32,000 nt of DNA from contig NZ_CP046578.1 of assembly GCF_013365455.1 (NCBI RefSeq), positions 360,001-392,000 on the forward strand. The letters run 5' to 3'. This stretch comes from Wolbachia endosymbiont of Dirofilaria (Dirofilaria) immitis. GTDB taxonomy: Bacteria > Pseudomonadota > Alphaproteobacteria > Rickettsiales > Anaplasmataceae. The position numbers and the translations under genes are program-made. Position 1 is the stretch's first letter. Each line of letters opens with the position of its first letter. Shown piece after piece: positions 1 to 10,685 of this stretch. Under the pieces are notes generated by a model. The model was not told where the DNA came from. It saw only the letters and a program-made list of their open reading frames with translations, and did not search any database.

Positions 1-72
1 TTAATGATGATACCTCCTGTATAGACTAAGATTTTTCTTTGGTTTAGTATGTATATGTGGTAGAAAAAGTCT

Positions 73-1467
73 ATGGTGAAAGAATTGTTAGTAAAAACTG
101 ATGTAGCGCAAGTTGGAGATAAGAAAGCGGCGAGAGGCTTTTTAAAGATACTGGGTGAAGTAACAGATGCTGTGAGGTCATGGATTGGTAATATTGGTCC
201 TGATTTAGATAATAGTCGCGATATCAGTAGTCTGGTTTTGAAGATGAGTGAGTGCTTAAATCCAAGGGGAGGAGAAGTTTCAGCACGTAAAAACACTGTA
301 TCTCTTGGTAACTTGTATTTAAGTTTATCAGAAAAAGGTAAAATAAGGTTTTTGCAAACTCTAGCAGAAAAATTTAACACGAGTAAGGTAGAAGTAGATG
401 AGAAAATAAAAGGATACTATGAGAATAGGAATTCTGAGTTAGACTATAAATTTGAACAAGACTTGATAAAAGTTCTTGAATCACCGCGTTCTAAAATACT
501 AAAGCAATTTATCTCTTTGCCAGAAGGACTCAAATTTATTGTTGATATGCGTTCTGATGTACTTAAGTTGAGGAATCAATATAAGGAGCTCAATCGATTA
601 GAAAGTGAACTAAAAAGCATACTTCTTTCCTGGGTTGATGTTGATTTACTTGATCTTTGTCAGATTACTTGGGGTTCACCTGCATCATTGTTAGAAAAAC
701 TTATAAAATATGAAGCTGTGCACAAAATTTCTTCATGGGGTGATCTAAAGAATAGGCTAGATTCTGACCGTCTCTGTTTTACCTTTTTTCATTATAAAAT
801 ACCAAATGAACCTCTAATTTTTGTAGAAGTTGCGTTAATGAATAAAATTGCAGATAGCATTCAACACCTTTTAGATGAGTCAATGCCTTCAAGTGATCCG
901 AATAATGCAAATACTGCTATATTCTATTCAATATCAAATACTCAAGCAGGGTTATCTGGAATTAGTCTAGGTAATTTTTTGATCAAAAGAGTTGTAGAAA
1001 AGCTGTCGCAGGAGTTTAAAAGTATAAAAACATATGCAACGCTTTCTCCGATACCTGGCTTTATAAAATGGCTAAAATGGAACCTAAGTCGGGATATTAC
1101 TTTGCTAGAGAAATTAGGTATAAAACAATCTAGTACAGAGATTTTAGAAAGCATAGAGCAATTAAGAACTAACATTGAATATGAGAAACAATACTTGTTG
1201 AAGCTTTGTGCATATTACTTGTTAAAGGTTAAAAACGATAACGGCGGTGCCTATGACCAAGTAGCACACTTTCACTTGAGTAATGGTGCATCAATAAAGC
1301 AGCTGAACTGGATGGCGGATACTTCTGAAAAGGGCATTAGTCAGTCGGCTGGTATGATGGTAAATTACTTATATGAATTATCTAAAATAGATAATAATCA
1401 CGAAAATTATATGGTTAATAAAATGATTTCTTGTGCAAGGCAGGTGTCATCCATATCGAAAGGATAA
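73..1467 (+). CDS. malonyl-CoA decarboxylase family protein
   Basis: 464-aa ORF. The segment CFTFFHYKIPNEPLIFVEVALMN...AIFYSISNTQAGLSGISLGNFLIKRVVEKLSQEFKSIKTYATLSPIPGF is characteristic of the malonyl-CoA decarboxylase catalytic domain. Confidence 0.9.
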   Translation: MVKELLVKTDVAQVGDKKAARGFLKILGEVTDAVRSWIGNIGPDLDNSRDISSLVLKMSECLNPRGGEVSARKNTVSLGNLYLSLSEKGKIRFLQTLAEKFNTSKVEVDEKIKGYYENRNSELDYKFEQDLIKVLESPRSKILKQFISLPEGLKFIVDMRSDVLKLRNQYKELNRLESELKSILLSWVDVDLLDLCQITWGSPASLLEKLIKYEAVHKISSWGDLKNRLDSDRLCFTFFHYKIPNEPLIFVEVALMNKIADSIQHLLDESMPSSDPNNANTAIFYSISNTQAGLSGISLGNFLIKRVVEKLSQEFKSIKTYATLSPIPGFIKWLKWNLSRDITLLEKLGIKQSSTEILESIEQLRTNIEYEKQYLLKLCAYYLLKVKNDNGGAYDQVAHFHLSNGASIKQLNWMADTSEKGISQSAGMMVNYLYELSKIDNNHENYMVNKMISCARQVSSISKG

Positions 1468-1529
1468 GTAAATAATTGTTTTAATACTATTTAAAATGCA
1501 AAATAAGTTCTACTTAAGTAAGCAGATTG

Positions 1530-3326
1530 ATGAATAAAATAAGAAATTTTGCAATAATAGCGCATGTAGACCATGGGAAATCAACGCTTGCTGACCGTTT
1601 AATAGAGAAATGTAATGGCCTTGAGGTGAGAGAAATGACTGATCAAATGCTCGATTCAATGGAGATAGAACGTGAGCGTGGAATTACAATCAAAGCGCAG
1701 ACAGTGAAACTTAGCTATACTGCAAATGATGGTAATCAATATTGCTTAAATCTTATGGATACTCCTGGTCATGTTGATTTTTCATATGAAGTAAGTCGAA
1801 GCTTAGCTGCGTGTGAAGGTTCGCTCTTGGTAGTAGATAGTAGTCAGGGAGTTGAAGCTCAGACTCTTGCAAATGTATATAAGGCAATTGATAATAATCA
1901 TGAGATAATAGTTGTACTCAATAAAGTCGATCTTCCTGCTGCAGATCCAGAGAAGGTGAGACTTCAGGTTAAGGAATTGATTGGTATTGATGCAAGTAAG
2001 TCAATTTTAATATCGGCAAAAACTGGACTTGGAATAATGGATGTATTGGAAGCAATAGTAACAAAGCTTCCAGCTCCACAGGGTGACATAAATGCTCCAC
2101 TGCAAGCAATTTTAGTTGATAGTTGGTATGATTCTTATTTGGGGGTGATAATTTTAGTGCGAGTTAAGGATGGAGTACTGAAAAAAGGTATGAGAATTAT
2201 TATGATGTCTAATAATGCTACGTATCAGGTAAATGATATCGGCATTTTTACTCCTAAGAAGATTATGACTGGTGAACTCTCAGCAGGTGAAGTTGGTTTT
2301 GTAACTGCTTCAATAAAAGAAGTGGCAGACTGTAAAGTAGGGGACACTATTACTGAAGAGAAAAGACCGTGCGGTGAGGCATTACCAGGCTTTAAAGAGG
2401 TGCACCCTGTTGTATTTTGTAGTATTTTCCCTAACAAAACATGTAGCTTTAAATATTTGAGAGAAGCGCTAAAGAAATTACACCTAAATGATACAAGCTT
2501 TACTTTTGAAACTGAGACTTCAAGTGCGCTAGGTTATGGATTTCGTTGTGGTTTTTTAGGAATATTACATCTTGAAGTTATTCGAGAAAGGCTCGAGAGA
2601 GAATTTGATTTAAGCCTAACAGTAACCGCACCAAGTGTTATATATAGGGTTATAACAAAAAATGGAGAGGTTCTGAATATTTATAACTCTAGTAACATGC
2701 CAGATCCAACAAAAATTAAAATGGTAGAGGAACCATGGGTTACTGCGACCATAATGGCACCTAACCAATATTTGGGAGAAATTCTCTCTTTGTGTAAAGA
2801 GAGAAGGGGAGAACAGAAAGATTTATATTATATTGGCAATACATTAACAGCATTACTAAAATATAAGTTGCCACTGTCTGAGGTTATTTTTGACTTTTAT
2901 GATAGGCTGAAATCAATTTCTAAGGGATACTCGAGTTTAGATTGGGAAATTTCTGGTTATCAGGAAAGTCAAATAGATAAGCTGAGTTTTTTAGTCAATG
3001 GAGAATCAGTCGATGCATTAGCATGCATTATTCACAAAAGTAGAATAGAAAAAAGGGGACGAGAAATATGCTCTCGTTTGAAGGGTTTAATACCGCGCCA
3101 GCAATACAAAATTGTGATTCAAGCAGCAGTAGGTGGTAAAATTATTGCTAGAGAGACGATTAACCCGTACAGAAAGGATGTGACAACTAAGCTCTATGGC
3201 GGAGATATAACACGAAGGATGAAGCTTTTAGAAAAACAAAAAAAAGGTAAGAAAAGGCTATATTCTATAGGAAGCATAAATATTCCACATAGTGCTTTTA
3301 TTCAAGCTTTGAAAATAAATGACTAG
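1530..3326 (+). CDS. lepA: elongation factor 4 (LepA), translation GTPase
   Basis: G1 [10 protein letters not shown]3 DTPGHVDF, G4 NKVDLP and the LepA C-terminal domain ([39 protein letters not shown]). The ORF track starts at TTG 1527; ATG 1530 is more likely. Confidence 0.97.
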   Translation: MNKIRNFAIIAHVDHGKSTLADRLIEKCNGLEVREMTDQMLDSMEIERERGITIKAQTVKLSYTANDGNQYCLNLMDTPGHVDFSYEVSRSLAACEGSLLVVDSSQGVEAQTLANVYKAIDNNHEIIVVLNKVDLPAADPEKVRLQVKELIGIDASKSILISAKTGLGIMDVLEAIVTKLPAPQGDINAPLQAILVDSWYDSYLGVIILVRVKDGVLKKGMRIIMMSNNATYQVNDIGIFTPKKIMTGELSAGEVGFVTASIKEVADCKVGDTITEEKRPCGEALPGFKEVHPVVFCSIFPNKTCSFKYLREALKKLHLNDTSFTFETETSSALGYGFRCGFLGILHLEVIRERLEREFDLSLTVTAPSVIYRVITKNGEVLNIYNSSNMPDPTKIKMVEEPWVTATIMAPNQYLGEILSLCKERRGEQKDLYYIGNTLTALLKYKLPLSEVIFDFYDRLKSISKGYSSLDWEISGYQESQIDKLSFLVNGESVDALACIIHKSRIEKRGREICSRLKGLIPRQQYKIVIQAAVGGKIIARETINPYRKDVTTKLYGGDITRRMKLLEKQKKGKKRLYSIGSINIPHSAFIQALKIND

Positions 3327-3342
3327 TATATGGAAGTATAAC

Positions 3343-4626
3343 TTAAAGACACTTAGATTTACTAATGAAATGTTCCTCTACATAATTATCAATAATTGTC
3401 TTAAATTCTTCAAATATGGTGTTGCCTTGTAAAGTCTTAAAGTACTTACCATCTTTATAGACTGCTGAAACTGATTTTTCTCCATATCCAGGTAAACTAA
3501 TTCCTAAATTAGCATATTTACTTTCTCCAGGGCCGTTCACAATGCAACCCATGACAGCAATATTCATATGTTCTACACCTGGATTTTTTTTCTTCCAGAT
3601 TGGCATGCGAATTTTTATGTAATCATTTACTTCTTCAGTCAATACACGAAAGCGATTGCTATTTGTGCGTCCACATCCAGGACATGAACTAACTTGAGGA
3701 TTAAAGTGGCGTAAGCCTATGGACTGCAATATTTCTTGACACACTTTTACTTCATTAATTCGTGATTCACCAGGACGTTGAGTTAAAGAGGCGCGTATCG
3801 TATCTCCAATACCATTTTGTAATAAGTAAGTAAGTCCTGCTGTGGTGTTTATCACCCCTTGATTGCCCATGCCAGCTTCTGTTAAGCCCAAGTGCAAAGC
3901 ATAGTTAGAAGACCTTGCAAGTGCCATGTAAACTAAAATTAGATCTCGCACTTTGCTTGCTTTACAGGAAATAATTATTTTGTCTGAGTTGAGTCCAATT
4001 TCTTCAGCTTTTTTTGCGCTGTTGAGAACAGATGTTATAAGTGCCCTGTGTAATATAATATCAGGGGATTTTGGATTATTGGATAAAGAGTTTTTATCCA
4101 TCAGTTTTTGTATAAGATACTTATCAAGGCTACCCCAATTTACCCCAATCCTGACGGGAAGATCGTGTTTTACTACATATTCTATAACTCTTTCAAATTT
4201 TCTATCACGTTTATTACCAAAACCTATATTACCTGGGTTTATTCTAATTTTACCTAGCATTTTGATGTTATCTGGATAATTTTGGATTAATTTATCCAAT
4301 TCGTATTGCCCGCAACCTACTAATATTTTGTAATCAAAACCCTCTTTATTTATCTCTTCTGCTATATAAGGTATTGCTTTTGCTACTTTTTCTGAATTCA
4401 AAGCAATTCGTACCAGCTCTGAGCCTGCATGCGCTAGTTCTATTATTTCTTTTGCATATTTCTTAGCACTGTTTTTAATGTTATTAGGATCTATATACAC
4501 ACCAAGTGCCATAGATTGTATAGCTATAGGATTATTCCCGCCTATCTTTACTTGTCCAACTTTTACAACATGGGTTTTATGTCGAGGAAACTTGTATAGT
4601 TTATTCCACGGATTTTCATTTAACAT
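3343..4626 (-). CDS. ispG: 4-hydroxy-3-methylbut-2-enyl diphosphate synthase (IspG/GcpE)
   Basis: 427-aa ORF with IspG Fe-S cysteine motifs [13 protein letters not shown] and [12 protein letters not shown], and N-terminal [21 protein letters not shown]. Confidence 0.97.
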   Translation of the reverse strand: MLNENPWNKLYKFPRHKTHVVKVGQVKIGGNNPIAIQSMALGVYIDPNNIKNSAKKYAKEIIELAHAGSELVRIALNSEKVAKAIPYIAEEINKEGFDYKILVGCGQYELDKLIQNYPDNIKMLGKIRINPGNIGFGNKRDRKFERVIEYVVKHDLPVRIGVNWGSLDKYLIQKLMDKNSLSNNPKSPDIILHRALITSVLNSAKKAEEIGLNSDKIIISCKASKVRDLILVYMALARSSNYALHLGLTEAGMGNQGVINTTAGLTYLLQNGIGDTIRASLTQRPGESRINEVKVCQEILQSIGLRHFNPQVSSCPGCGRTNSNRFRVLTEEVNDYIKIRMPIWKKKNPGVEHMNIAVMGCIVNGPGESKYANLGISLPGYGEKSVSAVYKDGKYFKTLQGNTIFEEFKTIIDNYVEEHFISKSKCL

Positions 4627-4636
4627 ATCATTAAAC

Positions 4637-5275
4637 TTATTCTGCTGTATCAGCTACACCCCTAAATAAATCCGAACCATTTGAATTATGTTGTTCCTCA
4701 TTATTAAGATCAGTGATAGAATCATGGGAGCATGTTTTTTTTAATAGTGTGTTTTTTGTAGTGACGTTTATGGGAGAATTTTTTTTCTCTTGTAGTGCTT
4801 TATTAAGCTTTTTCTCCTTTTGCTGTTTATCTTCGCGTTTTTCGTTTTTATATTCAGGAATCTGCCCTTGATCTATAAACGTAGCTCCTTTCAGACGTGC
4901 AATATTGATACCGTGCTGATTTATCATATCTTCTTTTTCATCTTTAGCCATACATGTTTCTAAATCTCTTAGCCTATGTTTAAGAATGGCAATTTTTTTT
5001 TTCTCTAACTTTTTAGCTAAGTTTTCTTTGCTTATGCTAGTATTAACACGGCCCTGCAACTTTTTCTTCCTTAGAAGTTCTCTACGTTTCTCATATAGTT
5101 TGTATGATTCGGCAAAATCTTCGTCTTCATAAAAACTTGCACCACCAGGATTACCTGGAGGTTTATATTTCTCACTCAGTTTTATTTTAGACTTGGCTTC
5201 AGCACTGCTCACAATAAAAGAGCTAAAAACTAAAAACGTTAGTGTAAATAAAACTTTAAAAGAAATCTCAAGCAT
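4637..5275 (-). CDS. hypothetical secreted or periplasmic Lys/Glu-rich protein
   Basis: 212-aa ORF with a signal-peptide-like N-terminus ([29 protein letters not shown]) followed by charged, probably coiled-coil sequence. It lies 10 nt upstream of ispG on the same strand. Confidence 0.7.
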   Translation of the reverse strand: MLEISFKVLFTLTFLVFSSFIVSSAEAKSKIKLSEKYKPPGNPGGASFYEDEDFAESYKLYEKRRELLRKKKLQGRVNTSISKENLAKKLEKKKIAILKHRLRDLETCMAKDEKEDMINQHGINIARLKGATFIDQGQIPEYKNEKREDKQQKEKKLNKALQEKKNSPINVTTKNTLLKKTCSHDSITDLNNEEQHNSNGSDLFRGVADTAE

Positions 5276-5537
5276 ATGTTATTATAGTAAATATTATTTT
5301 TTTTTAAATAGCAACTAACAGATTTTAAGTAAACTGAATCCTTAATTAATTTTATAGTGAATAGTGGCTTATGTTTGATTAACACAAATAAATCTTTCAA
5401 ATATATATATTCTTAGCTTATTTTATTCCTGCTTTTTGCTATTATTTTTTTATAATATATATAAAATAGTTGATTTTTTAGTTATTATAATGTAAAATTA
5501 AATAATAGTTAGTGAAAAAAATGATGTTAATATTTAA

Positions 5538-6057
5538 AAAAGATTTAAATACTTTGTCAGAAAGTTTGGTAAAGCTGATACAAAGTTTCATCTCCAGGTA
5601 GCAGTAAAGGGAACAATGATTTCCTATGATTTATGTAGCTACTATTCAGGTATAAGGGCTGGAAAAAAGAAAGTTTCTAAGAGTAATTCAAGGGTTAAAT
5701 ATTTTGCTTGAGATGAATAGTCTAACTAGGCAAGATTTATGATGAAGAAAATTATATAACCTGATAGATAAGTCGTATGGTATAACTGGTTAGATTAGTT
5801 GAAGAAGAAAGAGGTTATATGGTTTATGTATTCATGCTTGATGGAAAGCTAATAACTTGCAAATATGTTAATAAAGCTAAGTTAGCTCACTGTCGTTCGA
5901 TATTTGTGAGTGGTAACCTGGTTTTGTGTTCTGCTTTAATAAAGATGAAAGGAGAGATAAAGTAGCTCATATGGATAATAACAGTGGGTGTTACAAACTG
6001 GCACTAGTGAATTTATACAATGTAGTGGGAGAATTAAAATTAGAAGATCATTCTTAA
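5538..6057 (+). pseudogene. decayed protein-coding gene (frameshifts and stops), function unknown
   Basis: Hand translation gives 5538-5711 KRFKYFVRKFGKADTKFHLQVAVKGTMISYDLCSYYSGIRAGKKKVSKSNSRVKYFA*; 5786-5965 LVRLVEEERGYMVYVFMLDGKLITCKYVNKAKLAHCRSIFVSGNLVLCSALIKMKGEIK*; then another frame through the join, KVAHMDNNSGCYKLALVNLYNVVGELKLEDHS* ending at 6057. Confidence 0.6.
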
Positions 6058-6577
6058 AGAATGCAAGAATTATTTAACTAGCATATTGGACTGATTCCAT
6101 AAAGTAAACTCTATTTATGTATAAAATCGTCTCAGCAGAGCAGGAATTGATAAAGAGATTGATGGGAAAAAGGGAAAAATGTGTTGACTAAGAATAGTAG
6201 GAAGCATTCTATTAAATGCAAAGAAAGTACAATGAAGTAAATTATAGGCATAAGCCTAAATTGTACTATGCTAAAGATAGAAAGTTATAAAAAATAGGTA
6301 AAATAGAGGGTATAAGTATAACTTTTATTATGGGAATATTGCAATGGCTTCATTAAACTTCTAAACTTTAAAAAGCATAACTGTATTTATATAGCTCATT
6401 TAAAAGATTAAAAAAGTGATATGCTTCTCAGGTCATGTAATGGGAAAGTTAAAATTACTGTAAAAAGATTGATACTTAGTGAATATACAGTTTTTTTATG
6501 AGTGTAAGCTTAGCGGTAAATTTAAAGATAGGTAGTATTAAACAATTAGGCAATGCAGGAGTTATAAAAAAAACTCC

Positions 6578-7465
6578 CTAATAACTACCTAAAACTCTTA
6601 TTTCCCATTCAAGTTCAACGTTAAACTTATTTTTCACTGCATCTTTTACTCTGTTACCAAGTGTTTCTAAGTCAGATGCAGTTGCATTATTATAATTGAG
6701 CAAAAAATTACAGTGCTTCTTAGAAATTTTAGCTCCACCATTATTTAATCCTCGGCATCCAGACTCGTCAATCAGTTTCCATGCTTGGTAGTCTTTTGGA
6801 TTTTTAAATATACATCCAGCAGTTTTCCCTCTTATGGGCTGACTTTTATTTCTTTCATCAATAATTTTCTTCAGTTTTCTGAATATAGTTTTATACTCTG
6901 AACTTACTCCTTTAAATTCAGCTTCAACAAAAATCCACCGCTTGTTCGAGCTATGCCCACGATAAATGTAACCCATCTTTTTACTTGAAAATTCATACAG
7001 ATTTCCATCTTCTAAATTTACTGCTTTTATGGATTGTATAACACTTGCAATATCGCTGCCATATGCGCCTGCATTCATTTCTATTCCACCACCAACTGTG
7101 CCTGGAATTCCAACTAGAAACTCTAGTCCACTGATTTGCTTCTCCCCTGCAAAGTGAGCTAAATCGCTAAGTAATGCAGCACCACCAGCAACGATAGAGT
7201 TGTTGCCCTTATATCTAATATATCCAAACTCCTTACCCAATTTTACTGTTATTCCTCTGATGCCACTGTCTCGCACTATTATATTAGATGTTGCGCCAAT
7301 AACATTAATTGGTAATTCAGTATTTTTAACTAAATATATTAGATCTTTAATGTCGTGCGGCTTAAATAACACATCTGCTTGTCCACCTACATTTAACCAT
7401 GTTATTTTAGACATTAAAGTGTTATATCGATAGACTCCACGCACTTTAGGTAAGCTTATAAGCAT
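6578..7465 (-). CDS. murB: UDP-N-acetylenolpyruvoylglucosamine reductase (MurB)
   Basis: FAD-binding motifs LNVGGQADVLFKP and GLEFLVGIPGTVGGGIEMNAGAYG; RGKTAGCIFKNP; SEEN as the terminal domain pattern. Confidence 0.95.
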   Translation of the reverse strand: MLISLPKVRGVYRYNTLMSKITWLNVGGQADVLFKPHDIKDLIYLVKNTELPINVIGATSNIIVRDSGIRGITVKLGKEFGYIRYKGNNSIVAGGAALLSDLAHFAGEKQISGLEFLVGIPGTVGGGIEMNAGAYGSDIASVIQSIKAVNLEDGNLYEFSSKKMGYIYRGHSSNKRWIFVEAEFKGVSSEYKTIFRKLKKIIDERNKSQPIRGKTAGCIFKNPKDYQAWKLIDESGCRGLNNGGAKISKKHCNFLLNYNNATASDLETLGNRVKDAVKNKFNVELEWEIRVLGSY

Positions 7466-8334
7466 CTTAATTTTAATTCTAATCCTGCATCCACGCCCAT
7501 TTTTTCTGCGTCTTCTGCAAACGAAGTGCGTTCAGTAAAGTATATATCTTTCTCATCTGCTAGCATACAACGGAGACGTAGCATATTTTCACTCACATAT
7601 TCTGCTAAGGCTGCAAGCGGTGTGAAGCATGAACCATTTACTGTCTTCATGAAGCTGCGCTCTGATTTTACTCTTGTGGAAGATTTGTTGTCATTAATTT
7701 TCTCTAAAAGATCAATAATTTTTATATCATTTTTCCGACATTGAATACAAATTGCTCCTTGTCCTACTGCGCTTAGCATAGTTTTTGATGGTAATATCTC
7801 TGTAATTAAGAGGTGTTTTTTTAGTCTCATTAGCCCAGCTTCAGCTAAGATTATTCCATCAAAACTATAATTTTGCAGTCTAGTTACTACGTTTCCACGC
7901 AGTGGTACTATATTTAAATCTGGTCTGAGATTTAGTAGCTGGACTTTTCTTCTTATTGAGGAGGTTGCAATTGTGGCTTGCTGTGGCAAAGCCTCAAGGC
8001 TATTATGTTGATTAGAAATAAATGTATCGTGTGGACTTAATCTTTTTAAAATACAAGGAATTACTAAATCTTTTGAAAAAAATGCAGGGACATCTTTTAC
8101 CGAATGAACTGCCATATCTATATTATTTTTAAGCAATTCAATCTCAATTTCCTTGAGAAACAGTCCTTTGCCTCCTATTTCAGCTAAGTTTACATTGGTA
8201 TATTTATCACCGGAAGTTTTTATCTTAATGATTTCGATGAACAAGTGGGGAAAAGAGTTTATCAGTTTTTGTTTTGCTTCTAAAGCTTGAGCAATTGCAA
8301 GGCTGCTTCCTCTGGTACCTATTTTGACTAGCAT
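7456..8334 (-). CDS. hemC: porphobilinogen deaminase / hydroxymethylbilane synthase (HemC)
   Basis: KIGTRGSSLAIAQA N-terminus, HSVKDVPAF, TSSIRRKVQLLNLRPDL, and dipyrromethane-cofactor cysteine region GSCFTPLAA. Overlaps the murB start by 10 nt. Confidence 0.96.
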   Translation of the reverse strand: MLVKIGTRGSSLAIAQALEAKQKLINSFPHLFIEIIKIKTSGDKYTNVNLAEIGGKGLFLKEIEIELLKNNIDMAVHSVKDVPAFFSKDLVIPCILKRLSPHDTFISNQHNSLEALPQQATIATSSIRRKVQLLNLRPDLNIVPLRGNVVTRLQNYSFDGIILAEAGLMRLKKHLLITEILPSKTMLSAVGQGAICIQCRKNDIKIIDLLEKINDNKSSTRVKSERSFMKTVNGSCFTPLAALAEYVSENMLRLRCMLADEKDIYFTERTSFAEDAEKMGVDAGLELKLRCL

Positions 8335-8401
8335 GTATCTAAGTTTTAACTTAAACAGTTTTTACAATTAGTTTATAATCAATATTTTGTACTTACAACT
8401 T

Positions 8402-9916
8402 ATGCATAATAAGCTTATAATCAAGTCTTTTTTGGTGCTATGCATTTTTTTGTTTGCTTTATATACAATACTGCCAAACTCCTTTGATAGTAAGTTCCTT
8501 GTTTCAAAAAAAAGAATAAACCTAGGACTTGACCTAAAGGGTGGGTCATCTTTACTTCTTAATGTAGACTTGAATTTTTTCTTTAAAGAGAAGTTAAATA
8601 TATTAGCTACTGAGATAAAGGAAAGTCTACTAACAAAAAATATTGAATCTAGAGTACAAAGGGGTAGACAAGTAGTTGTAGCTTTAACCAATGTTGATGA
8701 TTATAAGAGAGTTTCAATATTAATTCATAAAATAAACCCAAATTTAGAGCTAAATAGAAAAGGTACTTCAGTTTTCGTCTCATATAAACCTCATTACAGA
8801 AATTCTCTGATCAATGAAGTAGTTTCAAGGTCAATAAGTAATATTCAGAAACGTTTGGATAGACTTGGTACTAGAGAAGTAAGTATACAAAAACAAGGAC
8901 AGAATAATATATTAGTCCAAGTGCCTGGAGTAGAAGATATTGAACAAATAAAATCTCTACTTGGTAAAACTGCTAAGCTAAGTTTCCATTTAGCAAACAC
9001 TAAGGTAGCTAAAATGAAGGATATAGATCATGAAACTACTATAATACTTAAGGACACTTTAGGTAATTCTTATCCAATATTTCGCAAAACTGAAATAGGT
9101 GGTGATTCATTGGTTAACGTATCAGTTAGATTTGGTCACTTGGGCAAACCAACAGTACATTTTAAATTTGACGGTATAGCAAGTAAGAGATTCGCGAAAA
9201 TCACTAAAAAAAATGTTGGAAAGCCCTTTGCAATTGTTTTAGATAACACAGTCTTGACCATGCCAATAATACGTGAACCAATTCTAAATGGAGAAGGAGA
9301 AATCAGTGGTAATTTCACTGAGAGACAAGCAAGTGAACTTGCAATACTTTTAAAGTCTGGAGCACTACCAGCACCACTTAAAATAATAGAAGAGAAAAAT
9401 ATTGGTCCAAGTCTTGGAGAAGAGTCAATAAAAGCAGGGGAAATAGCAGCAATAATCTCTATTACAGCAGTTGCTTTGTTTATAATTATTATTTATGGTA
9501 AGTTAGGCTTATTGGCTTCTGCTGCATTGCTTTTTGATGTGATTTCTATATTGTTAATTCTTACCCTACTTGAGGCAACTTTAACTCTGCCGGGAATCGC
9601 TGGTATTGCACTCACTGTTGGTATGTCAGTAGACGCAAATGTTTTGATATTTGAACGTATTCGTGAGGAGATAAGATCAGGGAAAAGAACAGCACGTGCT
9701 ATTGAAGAAGGGTTTAAAAGTGCAATAAAAACAATTCTTGATTCAAATATTACTACATTAATTGCTGCGGGGGTAATGTTTGTTATTGGCAGCGGAGCAA
9801 TCAGAGGTTTTTCTGTTACTTTATCAGTAGGGATTTTATGTTCTATGTTTTCCGCAATTATAGTTACGAAACTTCTAATGGAGTTATGCGTTAACCCAAA
9901 GAAGTTGGTGCTTTAA
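8402..9916 (+). CDS. secD: protein translocase subunit SecD
   Basis: RINLGLDLKGGSSLLL, RLDRLGTREVSIQKQGQNNILVQVPGV, LGPSLGEESIKAG and VGMSVDANVLIFERIREE. The track starts at TTG 8387; ATG 8402 (MHNKLI) is more likely. Confidence 0.96.
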   Translation: MHNKLIIKSFLVLCIFLFALYTILPNSFDSKFLVSKKRINLGLDLKGGSSLLLNVDLNFFFKEKLNILATEIKESLLTKNIESRVQRGRQVVVALTNVDDYKRVSILIHKINPNLELNRKGTSVFVSYKPHYRNSLINEVVSRSISNIQKRLDRLGTREVSIQKQGQNNILVQVPGVEDIEQIKSLLGKTAKLSFHLANTKVAKMKDIDHETTIILKDTLGNSYPIFRKTEIGGDSLVNVSVRFGHLGKPTVHFKFDGIASKRFAKITKKNVGKPFAIVLDNTVLTMPIIREPILNGEGEISGNFTERQASELAILLKSGALPAPLKIIEEKNIGPSLGEESIKAGEIAAIISITAVALFIIIIYGKLGLLASAALLFDVISILLILTLLEATLTLPGIAGIALTVGMSVDANVLIFERIREEIRSGKRTARAIEEGFKSAIKTILDSNITTLIAAGVMFVIGSGAIRGFSVTLSVGILCSMFSAIIVTKLLMELCVNPKKLVL

Positions 9917-10267
9917 TTTATGGTGTTATTGATTCTGAAAATAGTAAAATTACTGTAATGCTATCTTCAGGTTTGCGGTACTTTTTTTCTATGTTGCTTG
10001 TGATGATTATTTACTATTTAAACAATAAAGTTATACTTGAATAGTAAAACTATTTGGTGACATGTTTATCATCTTGCTCAGATAAATAAATTTTAATTTC
10101 AGTTTTTATCTGTATGATCCTTAACTTTTAGTTTTAAAGACTTAGTTAAAATCTTAACCTTAGCCAAGGGAAAACTGCTTTGCACTCAGCTTGTAGTTAT
10201 TATAGCTATGTTTGTTATATTGTTTCCCTGCTTATTGATAAATCCAGCGAAAAAAATTCATAAGTAG
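9895..10267 (+). pseudogene. possible decayed membrane-protein remnants between secD and pyrE
   Basis: Two 49-codon open stretches: 9895-10044 PKEVGALIYGVIDSENSKITVMLSSGLRYFFSMLLVMIIYYLNNKVILE* and 10118-10267 SLTFSFKDLVKILTLAKGKLLCTQLVVIIAMFVILFPCLLINPAKKIHK*. Both are hydrophobic and neither has a proper start. Confidence 0.3.
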
Positions 10268-10685
10268 TGTGATAGAAAGTATGAGTGACAGCATTGATGA
10301 TTGAGTTTTTTTTAAAGTTATCAGTGGGTGTAATATCACTAATCACTATAGACTGTGTGCAAAAAAGCTAAGATGCTAAAAATTGATGTCTTTATATTTC
10401 ACTAATATGCACAACAATTAATATAGATACATGTACGTTATTTATTTTGATTATGGTAATGTTTATTATAGAAGTGAATAGGTCACATATTCCTTTTGAA
10501 GGAGATATTTGTATGATTTTTTTGTAACTAGTTACCTTGCTTTAAGGAAGGTTCTTCTATACATTATAAGACTAGTTTTATCTATTCGCACAATTATCAA
10601 TATGTCGGAATTGCAGTAAACGTATGGTTTGATGTTTATATAGATTATATAATTAATTAAAGAATGTGAGAGTGAAACTTAAAAG

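Noticed and set aside
942-1175. 77-aa minus-strand ORF in the malonyl-CoA decarboxylase gene; similar short shadows at 2225, 4478, 7200, 7526, 9136, 10928, 12857, 14543, 18583, 24315 and 27641
   Set aside because: All are short antisense ORFs fully inside strongly supported genes.
3953-4279. 108-aa plus-strand ORF opposite ispG
   Set aside because: Antisense shadow of ispG, Leu/Ser/Pro-rich low-information translation.
8368-8691. 107-aa minus-strand ORF overlapping the secD start
   Set aside because: Overlaps the real SecD N-terminus and has no supporting motif.
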